In this document: piece after piece, positions 32,694-43,464 of the stretch
How positions within the stretch are numbered: position 1 is the first letter of the stretch
Layout of the letters: every line of letters begins with the position of its first letter
Assembly (NCBI GenBank): GCA_036785375.1
Contig: JAWMAR010000231.1
Location: forward strand, 3,534,001 to 3,598,000
Length of the DNA stretch: 64,000 nt
Direction of reading: 5' to 3'
Origin: Leucoraja ocellata
Lineage: Eukaryota
Program-made: the position numbers and the translations under genes
Notes under the pieces: model-generated
Database searches by the model: none
What the model saw: only the letters and a program-made list of their open reading frames with translations
Told to the model about the DNA's origin: nothing

Positions 32694-35600
32694 ATGGGGT
32701 TAATAAAGGTTCAGAAGTTAGCCTACCCCCGACCCTCACCCGACCCTCGACCCTCACCCGACCCTCGGCCCTCACCCGACCCGCGACCCTCACCCGACCC
32801 GCGACCCTCACCCGACCCTCGGCCCTCACCCGACCCTCGGCCCTCACCCGACCCTCACCCGACCCTCGGCCCTCACCCGACCCTCGGCCCTCACCCGACC
32901 CTCGGCCCTCACCCGACCCGCGACCCTCACCCGACCCGCGGAGCCCAACTGTCCCGCGGAGCTGGAGAACGCCAGGTGAGCCCCGGAGCTGGAGAACGCC
33001 ACCCGACCCGTGGAGCTGGAGAACGCCATCCGACCCGTGGAGCTGGAGAACGCCATCCGACCCGTGGAGCTGGAGAACGCCACCCGACCCGTGGAGCTGG
33101 AGAACGCCACCCGACCCGTGGAGCTGGAGAACGCCATCCGACCCGTGGAGCTGGAGAACGCCATCCGACCCGTGGAGCTGGAGAACGCCATCCGACCCGT
33201 GGAGCTGGAGAACGCCATCCGACCCGTGGAGATCACCCGACCCATGGAGCTGGAGAATGCCACCCAACCCGTGGAGATCACCCGACCCGTGGAGCTGGAG
33301 AACGCCCCGGAGCTGGAGAACACCCCGGAGCTGGAGACCGCCACCCGACCCGCTGGGCTGGAGAACGCCAGGTAAGCCCCGGGGCTGGAGACCATCAGCA
33401 GAGCCGCGGGGCTGAAGACCGCCTGCGGAGTAACGCAGACGCGGAGCAACGGAGCGGCAGAACACCAGCGCGCACCAAGCCAGCTTGGCCCACCAGAAGC
33501 ACCAACAGACGGCGACGCATACGAAAACACCGCCGGGGACGCAGAGGTGGGTTAAAGGCCAGGTTAGAGCTAGCCCCACACAGGGCAGCGATTCCTAGCC
33601 TTTTCCTCGCCAACCTGCGCTCACTGGCAAACAAAATGGATGAACTCCGGCTAAGGATCACCTCCCACAACTGGATCAAGGACTGCAACATCCTGATCTT
33701 CACGGAAACTTGGCTCAACACTGACGTTCCTGACAGCGCCATCCAGCTATCGGGGCGTCATTTACTCCGAGCGGACAGGACGTCAGACTCCGGTAAGACC
33801 AGAGGTGGGGGCCTGTGCATTTATGTAAATAAAGCATGGTGCACGGACTCCACCATCATCGAGAGTCACTGCTCAGCTAACCTTGAGTTCCTCTTGGGTA
33901 GATGCAGACCGTTCTATCTGCCCAGAGAGTTTACCTCCACTGTTGTGACTGCAGCCTATATCCCTCCTGATGCTAATGCCAAGCTTGCAATGAAAGAGCT
34001 GCATACTGCCATTAGCAATCAACAGACGCACAACCCCGAGGCAGCCTTCATTGTTGCGGGTGACTTCAATCACTCCAACCTGAAGACTGTACTCCCCAAA
34101 TTCCACCAACATGTCTCCTTCCCCACTAGAGTAGACAAGACACTGGACAAAGTCTACACCAACATGGCTGAAGCTTACAAAGCCATCCCCCTCCCCCACC
34201 TTGGTCAGTCTGATCACGTCTCATTGTTCCTGCTCCCTAAGTACTCCCCACTCATCAGACGGGTTAAACCAACTGTGAGGACAGTTAAAGTCTGGTCAGA
34301 GGAAGCGGACTTCGCACTTCAGCAGTGTTTTGGAAACACTGACTGGAAGGCGTTTGCAGCCCAGGCCACCCTTGAATCCCACACGGACATTGATTCCTAC
34401 ACATCCTCTGTTCTGGACTTTATAAACTCCACCATCAATAGTGTCACCTCCCTCAAACAGGTGACCATATTCCCGAATCAGAAGCCATGGATGAACAGCG
34501 AGGTCAGGCTACTGCTGAAAGCATGGGACACCGCTTTCAGGTCAGGCGATGCTCGAGCCTACAGTTCATCCAGGGCTAACCTGAAGAGGGGTATCAGGAA
34601 GGCCAAGCACTGCCATAAGCTCAGGATTGAGGAGCACTTCAACAACAACTCCGACCCCCGACGCATGTGGCAAGGCATCCAGGCCATCACGGACTACAGA
34701 CCGTCCAACATCACCCCCACATCCAGCGACTCCTCCTTCCTTGAGGAGCTTAATCACTTCTATGGCTGCTTCGACAGGGACAATCTAGAGACAGCCTTCA
34801 AGGCTGTGCTACCTGCCAATCACCAACCCCTCACACTCACCCCCTACGACGTATACGTGGCACTGAGTAGGACTAATGCACGTAAAGCTGCTGGCCCTGA
34901 CGGCATCCCCGGGCGCGTGCTCAGTGCCTGTGCTGCGCAGCTGACAGACGTCTGGACTGACATCTTCAACCTGTCACTTGCCCAAGCAGTTGTCCCCACT
35001 TGCCTTAAAACCACCTCCATCGTGCCAGTGCCAAAACACTCCACTGCGGCAAGCCTCAACGACTTCCGCCCAGTTGCACTTACCCCCATCATCACCAAGT
35101 GCTTCGAGAGGCTGGTCCTGGCACACCTCAAAAGCTGCCTACCCCCCACACTGGATCCCTATCAGTTTGCCTACCGCAAGAACAGGAGTACGGAGGATGC
35201 CATCTCAACGGCACTTCACTCCGCCCTCTCCCACCTCGACAACAGAGCCACTTACGTAAGAATGCTGTTCATCGATTACAGCTCAGCATTCAACACCATT
35301 ATACCATCAAAACTGATCACCAAACTCGGTAACCTGGGCATCGACCCCTCCCTCTGCAACTGGATACTGGACTTTCTAACCAACAGACCCCAGTCTGTTA
35401 GGTTAGACAAGCACACCTCTTCAACCCTCACCCTGAACACCGGCATTCCACAGGGCTGTGTGCTGAGCCCCCTCCTCTACTCCCTCTTCACCTATGACTG
35501 CACACCTGTACATGGTACTAACACCATCATCAAGTATGCAGATGGTACAACGGTGATTGGCCTCATCAGCAACAACGATGAGCTGGCCTACAGGGAGGAG

Positions 35601-36222
35601 GTCCAGCACTTAGCAGCATGGTGAGCTGACAACAACCTGGCCCTTAACTCCAAGAAGACCAAGGAGCTCATTTTAGACTTCAGGAAGTCCAGAAGCGGCA
35701 CGCACACCCCCATCCACATTAACGGGACGGAGGTGGAACGTGTTTCTAGCTTCAGGTTCCTGGGAGTCAACATCTCCGATGACCTCTCTTGGACCCACAA
35801 TACCTCAACTGATCAAGAAGGCTCACCAGCGTCTCTTCTTTCTGAGGAGACTGAAGAAGGTCCATTTGCCTCCTCAGATCCTGGCGAATTTCTACCGCTG
35901 CACCATCGAGAGCATCCTTACCAACTGCATCACAGTATGGTATGGCAATTGCTCTGTCTCCGACCGGAAGGCATTGCAGAGGGTGGTGAAAATTGCCCAA
36001 CGCATCACCGTTTCCTCGCTCCCCTCCATTGAGTTTGTCCAAAGCAAGCGTTGTCTGCGGAGTGCGCTCAGCATCGCCAAGGACTGCTCTCACCCCAACC
36101 ATGGACTGTTTACCCTCCTACCATCCGGGAGGCGCTACAGGTCTCTCCGTTGCCGAACCAGCAGGTCGAGGAACAGCTTCTTCCCGGCGGCTGTCACTCT
36201 ACTCAACAACGTACCTCGGTGA
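32694..36222 (+). pseudogene. Rex1 endonuclease-reverse transcriptase ORF with lesions
   Basis: EN motifs (LANLRSL.NK, FTETWL, GGGLCIY, AGDFN, TLDKVY, SDH) and RT motifs (FRPVAL, FIDYSSAFNTI, GIPQGCVLSP). Catalytic YADD reads YADG (35535-46), there is an in-frame TGA at 35622-24 and a frameshift near 35805, and the frame continues in 35740-36222. Confidence 0.92.
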
Positions 36223-36386
36223 CTGCCAATCACCACCCCCCCCCCCGGACACTTATTATTATTTATTCAAATCAGTTGCTATGTCGCTCTTCCAGGGAGA
36301 TGCTAAATGCATTTCGTTGTCTCTGTACTGTACACTGACAATGACAATTAAAATTGAATCTGAATCTGAATCTGAATCTGAATCTT
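32700..36386 (+). mobile_element. Near full-length Rex1/Babar LINE, disabled
   Basis: APE endonuclease, RT and Rex1-type C-terminus; 3'UTR with ATTAAA and (TGAATC)n tail. 5' boundary uncertain. Confidence 0.92.
32728..33420 (+). repeat. Compound minisatellite: 18-bp (CCCTCACCCGACCCTCGG)n then 27-bp (CCGTGGAGCTGGAGAACGCCATCCGAC)n
   Basis: Read directly. Unit lengths are multiples of 3, giving long repetitive ORFs on both strands. Confidence 0.95.
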
Positions 36387-36624
36387 ATAATAGAAAGATT
36401 AATAGTGAGATTAAACGAGTACTTACCAGTACGAAGTTTGATCTGTATTTTATGAGGAGTTACGATGAGGGATTACGTGAAGAACCCACCCAGTGCGCAG
36501 GCGCGGCATACTTCCAAGCAGCGGTGTGGAATCACAGGTAGACACAATATTGAAGTAAAGATAGTAAAGATTAAAGAAACATCAGCTCGAGTTTGATCTA
36601 TACAACGAGGGTGGGAGCGGAGGG

Positions 36625-36737
36625 CACGTAATCCCTCATCGTAACTCCTCATAAAATACAGATCAAACTTCGTACTGGTAAGTACTCGTTTAATCTCACT
36701 ATTTTACTTCGGAGTCACGTGAGTGACTACGTGAAGA
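36625..36737. repeat. Internal complementary region (ICR) of the young DIRS
   Basis: 36625-36703 is the reverse complement of 36401-36479, and 36701-36737 is the reverse complement of 41179-41215. The two halves overlap at ATT. Confidence 0.95.
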
Positions 36738-36897
36738 CTTCAAAGGTCTGTGATTTCAAACCGTGTAACAGCTATATCACTCACTGCCGAAGTTCATCGA
36801 GGGAGGAAGTGGTATCTAAAGACCAACGAATTTGTTAGTTTTTTGAAACAAAATTGTTTATTTAACAATAACAAAAATAGCTCCCCTGGGCTTTAAA

Positions 36898-37851
36898 TTA
36901 TAAGTTTGCAGATTCTAAAATTTTGTCCGCAAACAAGTCCTTCTCCATCAGCGGTTTGTGGTAGAATTTCCGGAACGTTGATTCCCTTGACCATCCCGCT
37001 GTACTAAGGATGTGGTCTATGGGAACCTGCATCCGTTCCGCCGCTGACGTGGACGCTGCCCTGGTAGAATGGGATTTAAAAACATCCGTGTTAATCCCCG
37101 CGGCTTTTAAGACCTGTTTCAACCACCTAGATATTGTCTGGCTGGTAACCCGTCCAAAAGGCTTTTTGTGGCTGACCCATAAGGCTTTTTCACTCCCTCT
37201 AAGCGTTTGGGTTGTGTCTACGTAGTTGTATAGATGGGTCACTACACACAGCCTAGGTTCTGGAGGATAGGCCCGGAAGATTAACGGAGAGTTGGGCATA
37301 CCTGGCCTGCTTTGTTTTACCAACCCCGGCATGGTAAATGTAATGGAATCTGGGGTGGTTAACATGTTGTCCAGTCTTAGTTGATGCAGCGACTGAACCC
37401 TTTGTGCAGAGACGAGCGCCATGAGCATGAGGGTCTTGAGAGTGGACTGCTCCAGACTCAAGGATCCCACCGGAGGCCAACCTCTAAGGTGTGACAAAAC
37501 TACACTTACATCCCATACATGGGTGTATCTGGGTGTAGGAGGTTTAGTATTATAAATCCCTTTGAGGAGTTTTATAACCAGAGGGTGGGATCCAATGCTG
37601 TGATGTCCTGTAGGCATAAGGTAAGCGGACAGGGCGCTCCGTGCTGCATTGATGGCACTGTAGCTCATCTTTTGGTCATGGTGCAAGTGGGCCAGGAATT
37701 CCAGCACATCCGTGATCGAGGCTGTCTTGTATGATGTCCCTGCATCCAAGCAGTACTGCTCCCATTTCTTGATGTAGGTCAAGTACTGTTTCTTGGTAGA
37801 GACTCGCAGGGACGCCGACATGGTGGTGATTGTTCGTTCCGATAACCCCAA
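36898..37851 (-). CDS. DIRS tyrosine recombinase
   Basis: Uninterrupted 317 codons with an N-terminal SAM-like part and catalytic R (SAQRV), K (VKQSR), HSTR, W (AGWS) and Y (FRKFY). The listed start is TTG; the first ATG is at 37821. Confidence 0.92.
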   Translation of the reverse strand: MGLSERTITTMSASLRVSTKKQYLTYIKKWEQYCLDAGTSYKTASITDVLEFLAHLHHDQKMSYSAINAARSALSAYLMPTGHHSIGSHPLVIKLLKGIYNTKPPTPRYTHVWDVSVVLSHLRGWPPVGSLSLEQSTLKTLMLMALVSAQRVQSLHQLRLDNMLTTPDSITFTMPGLVKQSRPGMPNSPLIFRAYPPEPRLCVVTHLYNYVDTTQTLRGSEKALWVSHKKPFGRVTSQTISRWLKQVLKAAGINTDVFKSHSTRAASTSAAERMQVPIDHILSTAGWSRESTFRKFYHKPLMEKDLFADKILESANL

Positions 37852-37868
37852 TCCCTGGTAAGGCCTGT

Positions 37869-38303
37869 TCAGAACCTACAAACCAGGAGTTTCAATTTTT
37901 GATGGTATGGATGGCTTATGCCGGATACCGGATGAGTCAATAGTTGTGGGTGGCTGTGAAAAACCATAGGTGACTCTACCACCATGTCGTGGAAAACTGG
38001 GAACCATGGTTGGGTAGGCCAGTCGGGTACGACCAGAATACCTGAAGCCGAGTCTGCTTGTATTTTCTGGAGTACCCGGCTGATGAGGCAGAAGGGAGGG
38101 AAAGCATAGAAGAAGAAATTTCCCCAATCCAGCGTGAAGGCATCTACCGCTGCTGCCTCTGGGTCTGGTTCCCAAGCCACATACATGGGTAGCTGGTGAT
38201 TTAATCTAGACGCAAACAAATCTATATCTGGCGTACCATATTGCTTAACAATTCTAGCAAATATTTTTGGGTCTAACATCCATTCGATGTTGTCATTGAA
38301 TTT
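37869..38303 (-). CDS. DIRS methyltransferase-like domain (N6-adenine MT type), in frame with RT-RNase H after a TGA
   Basis: Motifs DIDLFASRLN and YAFPPF, then LVVPDWPTQPWF. Confidence 0.85.
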   Translation of the reverse strand, partial: KFNDNIEWMLDPKIFARIVKQYGTPDIDLFASRLNHQLPMYVAWEPDPEAAAVDAFTLDWGNFFFYAFPPFCLISRVLQKIQADSASGILVVPDWPTQPWFPVFHDMVVESPMVFHSHPQLLTHPVSGISHPYHQKLKLLVCRF

Positions 38304-39810
38304 TCATGACCTGGTGTCCGCCACTGTGTTTAGCTTGCCTGGTAAATAGGCAGCTGATAGCCAAATATGTCTCTCGACACACCATTGCCAGATTATAGTA
38401 GTCAATTTGTCGCATGATACTGATTTTATGCCACCCATGTGCCGGATGTAAGACACCGCCGTCGTGTTATCAATCATTAACCTGACATGCACGTGCCGCA
38501 TATCGGATGCATATGCTTTTAGCCCATAAAAGGCGGCCAGCATCTCCAAATAATTTATGCCAAGTGATTGTAGTAGCGATGCCTCTGAATTAGTCCATCT
38601 GCCACCTGTGCTGGATATAGAGTTAGTAGCTCCCCAGCCTAAAGCACTGGCATCCGTTGTAATGGCTATGTTAGGATTGGTGACGGCGATAGGACTGTAA
38701 CTGTGCCAAATGTTATCCACCCACCACTGAAGTTCTGTTTTGGCTTCAGCGGGTAAGTCCATAGTTCGGTCATAATGCCCCCTACTTAGACGTAGTGCAC
38801 GTGTCCTTGCTCTTTGTAAATTCTGATAATGCAAGGGACCATATTGTGCAGCTGGAAATGCTGCTACTATACTACCAATGACTCTGGCTACATGCCGGAT
38901 CTTTGGTTGTGTTTTTGCGATTAAGTTGTTACAGGCTTCTGCTAATGCAGCCTTTTTGTCTCTTGGCAGAGTGACAGTCATACGGATAGTGTCGATAGTG
39001 AAGCCTAGATAGTCCATGTTAGTTGTTGGCTTCAATATTGATTTATCTGGGTGTAGAACAAATCCCAATGTTTCAAGGAGTTGTTTAGTAGCTAAGACTC
39101 CTGCGACAGCTAGTTCCCTTGTTCTCCCCAATATGAGAACATCATCCAGATAGGCCATGACTAAATGTTTTTGTTCTCTTAATTTTTTCATGGCCACTTT
39201 GAGAATTTTAGTAAATAATCTGGGAGCTGTCGTTAAACCATTGGGTAATGCTCTATACTGCCATAGTTGCCCCATCCAGATAAATTTCAGATATCTGAAA
39301 TGATCCTTATGAATGGGTACTAAATAGTAGGCATCCTTAATATCTATGCTTGCCATGAAGTATCCCTTGGAGATCATGTTGTCTGGCAGTAACAAATGTC
39401 TCCATTTTGAAATGTTGATACTCAACAGACTGATTTAGTGATGTCAAATCAATAATAATGCGACATCCACCATCTTTTTTGGTTTTGATAAATATATTCG
39501 ATACAAATTCCAATGGCTCGTGTCTGGCCCTCTCAATGACGCCTTTGGACACGAGCCTATCTAGTTCAGCTTGTCCTTCTACCTTCTCTAATTGTGTGGG
39601 AAGGAATACCCTTTGGGGTATGTGCTGAACCGGCGGTTCTATGCCTGGTTTAAATTCAATTTTGTATCCACTGATACTGTTGAGTATGAACTTGTTGTTA
39701 GTAAAGGAGCACCAAACATGTTTGAAGAACCTTAAACGCCCTCCTGTTAATACAACACCCTTTGTCTGCGTATGTTGACAGGAACCAGACCCACCTACCT
39801 CCATGTTCAT
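38304..39810 (-). pseudogene. DIRS reverse transcriptase-RNase H, with one +1 frameshift (~39380) and a TGA at 38306-38304
   Basis: GGRL, KKDGGCRIIIDL, FKMET / SIDIKDAY, LPNGL, YLDD, TTDASALGWG, INYLEMLA, IDNTTAV, NTVAD. Confidence 0.92.
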
Positions 39811-41033
39811 TTCTGGGAGCGTTTGCGATGGGTTTGGCCCGAGGGTGTCCTTGTTGGTGCTGTGGTGGGGCGGCGTATCTTCCCACGGCTCCGCTCTGGG
39901 CCCCGCTCTAAAAAAGAGCTCTGGGGGTAGTGGGAAGCGGTCACCAGGCTTTCACCAGCTCGGTACCTGCTGGTGGATGCCGAGGCGTGCTGCCAACTGG
40001 GTGTCTTCACCCTGCTCGGTCCTGGCCCTGCCCTCATGAGGCCTACAGGCTTGGCCGCCTCTTCCAGCTCCTTGAGCCTTTTCGCCAAGTCGGCCCCGAA
40101 TAGTAGCGCCTCCTTTTCTGGCGCCGGAGCTTTGCAAAGGCCCGCGTATTTGGGGTTGAGGGCAGGCCTGATGTTTTCACGCCTTAAATTGTTGAGCTCA
40201 TACTGCGTGTTACACATTAGGGCCAGCACGTCCTGCTGAGGTGTAGAGAGCTCCTCGTTCCCCGTGGACCGAGCAAAGGCGGTAATGGCTGCGGTGTGGA
40301 GCTTCAGGATACGCTGCATCTTCAGCTCTTGTGTCCTGACATGCTGCCCCAGCTGGCTCCATATCTGGCCGTTTACGGTCTTTACTCGAAGCGCTTCGCA
40401 GTTTTCCGGCGCTGTGTAAGTGTCGAGGGCCTCTTGTAAGATTTTCTCCTGCAATGGCTTATTGGAGAGCCTGTTGATACTGGCCGCCATTCTTGGCGCT
40501 AGCATCATTCCGGTCCTCGGGGGCGCCGCATACCTGCTGACTACACCCAGTAGCTCTTCTTCCTCCAGCTCGCCTGGCATGCTTGCGCTGTCGTCCGCCT
40601 GCCCTTGTGATAGGCCAGCCCAGTCCTGGCCTCCCTTACTGACCTCAAACAAGGAGGGAACAGAAGGGTGTGGTGATGGTTTGGAGGAGGCCACAGCCCG
40701 TCCTCCTTGGAGATGCCTTGCCTGCATCTCCTCCTCGAGCATCTGCTCGAGCAGCTGCCTTATGCAGCTTAAGCGGCTGTCTCCCCGTTTCGCCGGTGGA
40801 GAGTGTTCCCGTTCCTCCGACGAGTCGGAGGCCACCGGCCGGTCTGTTTTTCGGGTTGATTTTCTCCCTGTGCGGGGCATCGCAATCGGCGGCACAGGGA
40901 GCGGCTCGGCGTCGGGTGTGCGGGAGCGTTCAAACAGCTCCTCCGCCGCTGGTGGCTGCCGCCCAGATATTGACCCCTCCTCGGGTGGAGTTGGGCAGGC
41001 AGTCCTCTTTGTTGGTCGCTTGCGGGTAGCCAT
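39807..41033 (-). CDS. DIRS ORF1 (gag-like), 408 aa
   Basis: Uninterrupted ATG-initiated ORF in the ORF1 position, with PENC...VN..IW and LFG.DL segments. Its stop overlaps the pol ATG (ATGA). Confidence 0.85.
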   Translation of the reverse strand: MATRKRPTKRTACPTPPEEGSISGRQPPAAEELFERSRTPDAEPLPVPPIAMPRTGRKSTRKTDRPVASDSSEEREHSPPAKRGDSRLSCIRQLLEQMLEEEMQARHLQGGRAVASSKPSPHPSVPSLFEVSKGGQDWAGLSQGQADDSASMPGELEEEELLGVVSRYAAPPRTGMMLAPRMAASINRLSNKPLQEKILQEALDTYTAPENCEALRVKTVNGQIWSQLGQHVRTQELKMQRILKLHTAAITAFARSTGNEELSTPQQDVLALMCNTQYELNNLRRENIRPALNPKYAGLCKAPAPEKEALLFGADLAKRLKELEEAAKPVGLMRAGPGPSRVKTPSWQHASASTSRYRAGESLVTASHYPQSSFLERGPERSRGKIRRPTTAPTRTPSGQTHRKRSQK

Positions 41034-42838
41034 AGCTTTCCTCCGTTAGCGACTCTCTGTAATACAAAAGACTCACTTACCTGAGGACTTGTCTTTATCC
41101 TGCCGCTGGAGAGCCTGGCTCCAGCTGCTGCCGCTGTTGCGCTGCTGACGTAATGCCGCGCCTGCGCACTGGGTGGGTTCTTCACGTAGTCACTCACGTG
41201 ACTCCGAAGTAAAATCGAGAACTTACCGTTTGAAGTTTGATCTTTATTTTATGTGAAGTTGAAGTAAGCGAATACGTGAAGAGCCCGCAAGCCCGCATGT
41301 GCTTCAATTTTCAGAGCAACTGTATGAAACCACAGACCAGTTGCAGAACATAAACTATAGAAAGATTAACGAGCCTAGAGTTACCGGCTGATCTTTTATG
41401 AGAATCAGGGTTGGGAGTGGAGGGCACTCCCTCCACTCTCTCACTTCAACTTCTCATAAAATAACGATCAAACTTCAAATGGTAAGTTCTCGTTTAATCT
41501 TTCTATTTTATTTCGAAGTCACGTGAGTGACTACGTGAAGCCTGCAAAGCTATGTGGTTTCATGCAGTAACCCAATCTGCGTGTGAAACACTTAAACAGA
41601 TAAAACCATAATTGGCAGAAAGACGTGGGTTATTAACAACATGATGCTAACTTGCATCCATAGCCATTGCTCTTAATTGGACCATAGTCCCAATTGGCTT
41701 TGAGTTAGACAATAACTCATGCCATACTGTACAGAATTATTTCTGCAATCATTCAGACATATTCAACCAAAATTTTATAACCTCCGAAAGTGCACTGTGT
41801 AAACCTCCTGCTGTTGCAAGAAGACGGACAAATGGGAATATCCATTCTATTGGCTGCTAATGAGCCACCAACAATCTCTTGAAAACTATTAATTAACAAT
41901 GAAGAAAGTATCCTTCATTGCATAGATACCCGCAAGCTCAGTGTACCTGTATACATAATAACACCCCCAATCTCTGATCTGGTGGATATGCTGGCAACTC
42001 CAACTTGTACCCAACCATGCCCATTTAGCTTTATGAGATCATTCCCATAACAAGCTACCCCCATGTCAGTTATGACCCAGAGTCCGAGCCGGAGATTGAG
42101 TAAAGGGTATGTTCTTTGTGCTGAATCAGCTGCTAAAGCATAATCAACATAAGATTCTGCTCCCATGAGGAAAACAGTAGATGAATATCTGCATAATAAT
42201 TTACTGATATACATTCTACACTACTATAGGATTTAGAGCAGTCATATAAAATACACTTTGCATTATGTTAGTCAACAATGGGAGAATAACCAATCATTAA
42301 TTGTCCCACTTATGGCACTATAGAGAATGACAAAGCAGCTCAAACAGTGTCAATTGTGCTGTAACATAATTGCTTCTCTGAGCGCAAGCTGAGAGAAACA
42401 CAAAGCTCTGCTACTTCTGTTTAAAAGTAGCTCACATGTCTTCTCCACAAAGTCCTATGCAATCGTGCAGAGCCAGCTGCAAGAGAAATAGGCTGAGGTA
42501 GCCATCACTCGTGACTTTGAGTAAAATGGAGCTTCTTTCAGCCGCCTTACCATGGGACACACGTGACTTCGAAATAAAATTAAGTGAGGATAGTGTTGGA
42601 TGAAGTGGACAGCAGATTAACTGGAAAGATGTTGAATATCAGTTTAGTTTATTATTACATGTACTGAGGTACACAGTCACTTGTGTCACCCAGCCCCACT
42701 TGGCTTCTATCTAACCTTAAATATTCCCGCCCTTCTCCACCCCTCCTTCACAATTTGTGTTGAGTTGGCATCAGGCTTGAGTTTTTTTAATTTTAACATT
42801 ATTTCCTCTCCTAATCGCTCCCTCTCTGCTGGCATCAA

Positions 42839-43464
42839 CATGAAGCGTCAACCATGCTTCTCTCTCCACTGACGCTGCCTGACCTACTGAGTATTTAAGA
42901 ATGTTTTGATTTTACTCAGATCTCCCCACATCTGCGATTTTGTGCATGCATGAGGGGCCGCATGCTGAAAATGGTCGGTGGGGGATGCAACTAGACTAGA
43001 TCCGTAAGAACGAAGAAGGGCTTAGTTTACTTTCCAGGCCCAGTAGATTAAATTTCAAATAGAGAATGATGAGGCGGCACAGACCTTTGTGATAATATTT
43101 AACTGAGGACCCATCTGCTGAATGGTTATCTACAGTTTTATTCAATTCCTGTAAATACAGATGTGAACAGTTTGAGTTAGATTGATGCCAGCCTGAGATT
43201 TACAGTATTTAAATTTAACATCTCTTCACCTGTTGACGTGAACGGGTGATCAATGTGGACTTGGTGGGTGGAAGAACCTGTTCGCAAGCTAAACTAAACT
43301 AAAACGTCTCCTACCTCTCACCACCCCCCCATTTTTGAAGGTTAAAATCTAGTGTGCTTGTCTTAAAACAGATGCTTCCCGTTGCATTAGTTTCAATCTT
43401 ATCTTTCAGATTTCCTGCATACATTTTTGTTCTTTTTAATAAATTGTGAATTGTAGAAGGCAAA
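42839..43464 (-). repeat. Right arm of the 627-bp inverted duplication
   Basis: Reverse complement of 31631-32257. Confidence 0.97.

Larger units (their letters stand above)
36401..41215 (-). mobile_element. DIRS1-type tyrosine-recombinase retrotransposon, structurally complete (4815 bp)
   Basis: gag, RT-RH-MT and YR ORFs; ITR core 36474-36509 / 41153-41188; ICR 36625-36737 complementary to both termini; AAT at both ends. Confidence 0.97.
36389..42580 (-). mobile_element. Older, internally deleted DIRS1-type element (~1.4 kb: 36389-36400 plus 41216-42580) hosting the younger DIRS
   Basis: Its own ICR at ~41443-41525 is complementary to AATAGAAAGATT(36389)+CGAGAACTTACC(41216) and to CACGTGACTTCGAAATAAAAT (42560-80). 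A degenerate YR C-terminus lies at ~41775-41860 (AANRMDIP...LATAG). Confidence 0.85.

Noticed and set aside
32955-33420. 27-bp repeat array as a CRISPR array
   Set aside because: The units are contiguous with no unique spacers, there are no cas genes, and the context is a eukaryotic LINE.
32648-33579. 255-, 295- and 228-aa alternative-frame ORFs
   Set aside because: They are shadow frames of the minisatellites.
37869-38279. Bacterial or phage methyltransferase plus integrase as contamination or a prophage
   Set aside because: The domains are the standard DIRS1 set, enclosed by ITR/ICR termini and embedded in fish repeats.
41057-41080. GT...AG mini-intron before the gag ATG
   Set aside because: At 24 nt it is too short for vertebrate spliceosomal removal.
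31631-43464. 627-bp inverted repeats as TIRs of a giant transposon, or as an assembly artefact
   Set aside because: There is no flanking TSD or transposase, the arms contain decayed SINE/pLTR pieces, and the split palindrome plus inverted TSD fit an inversion. The many substitutions between the arms argue against mis-assembly.
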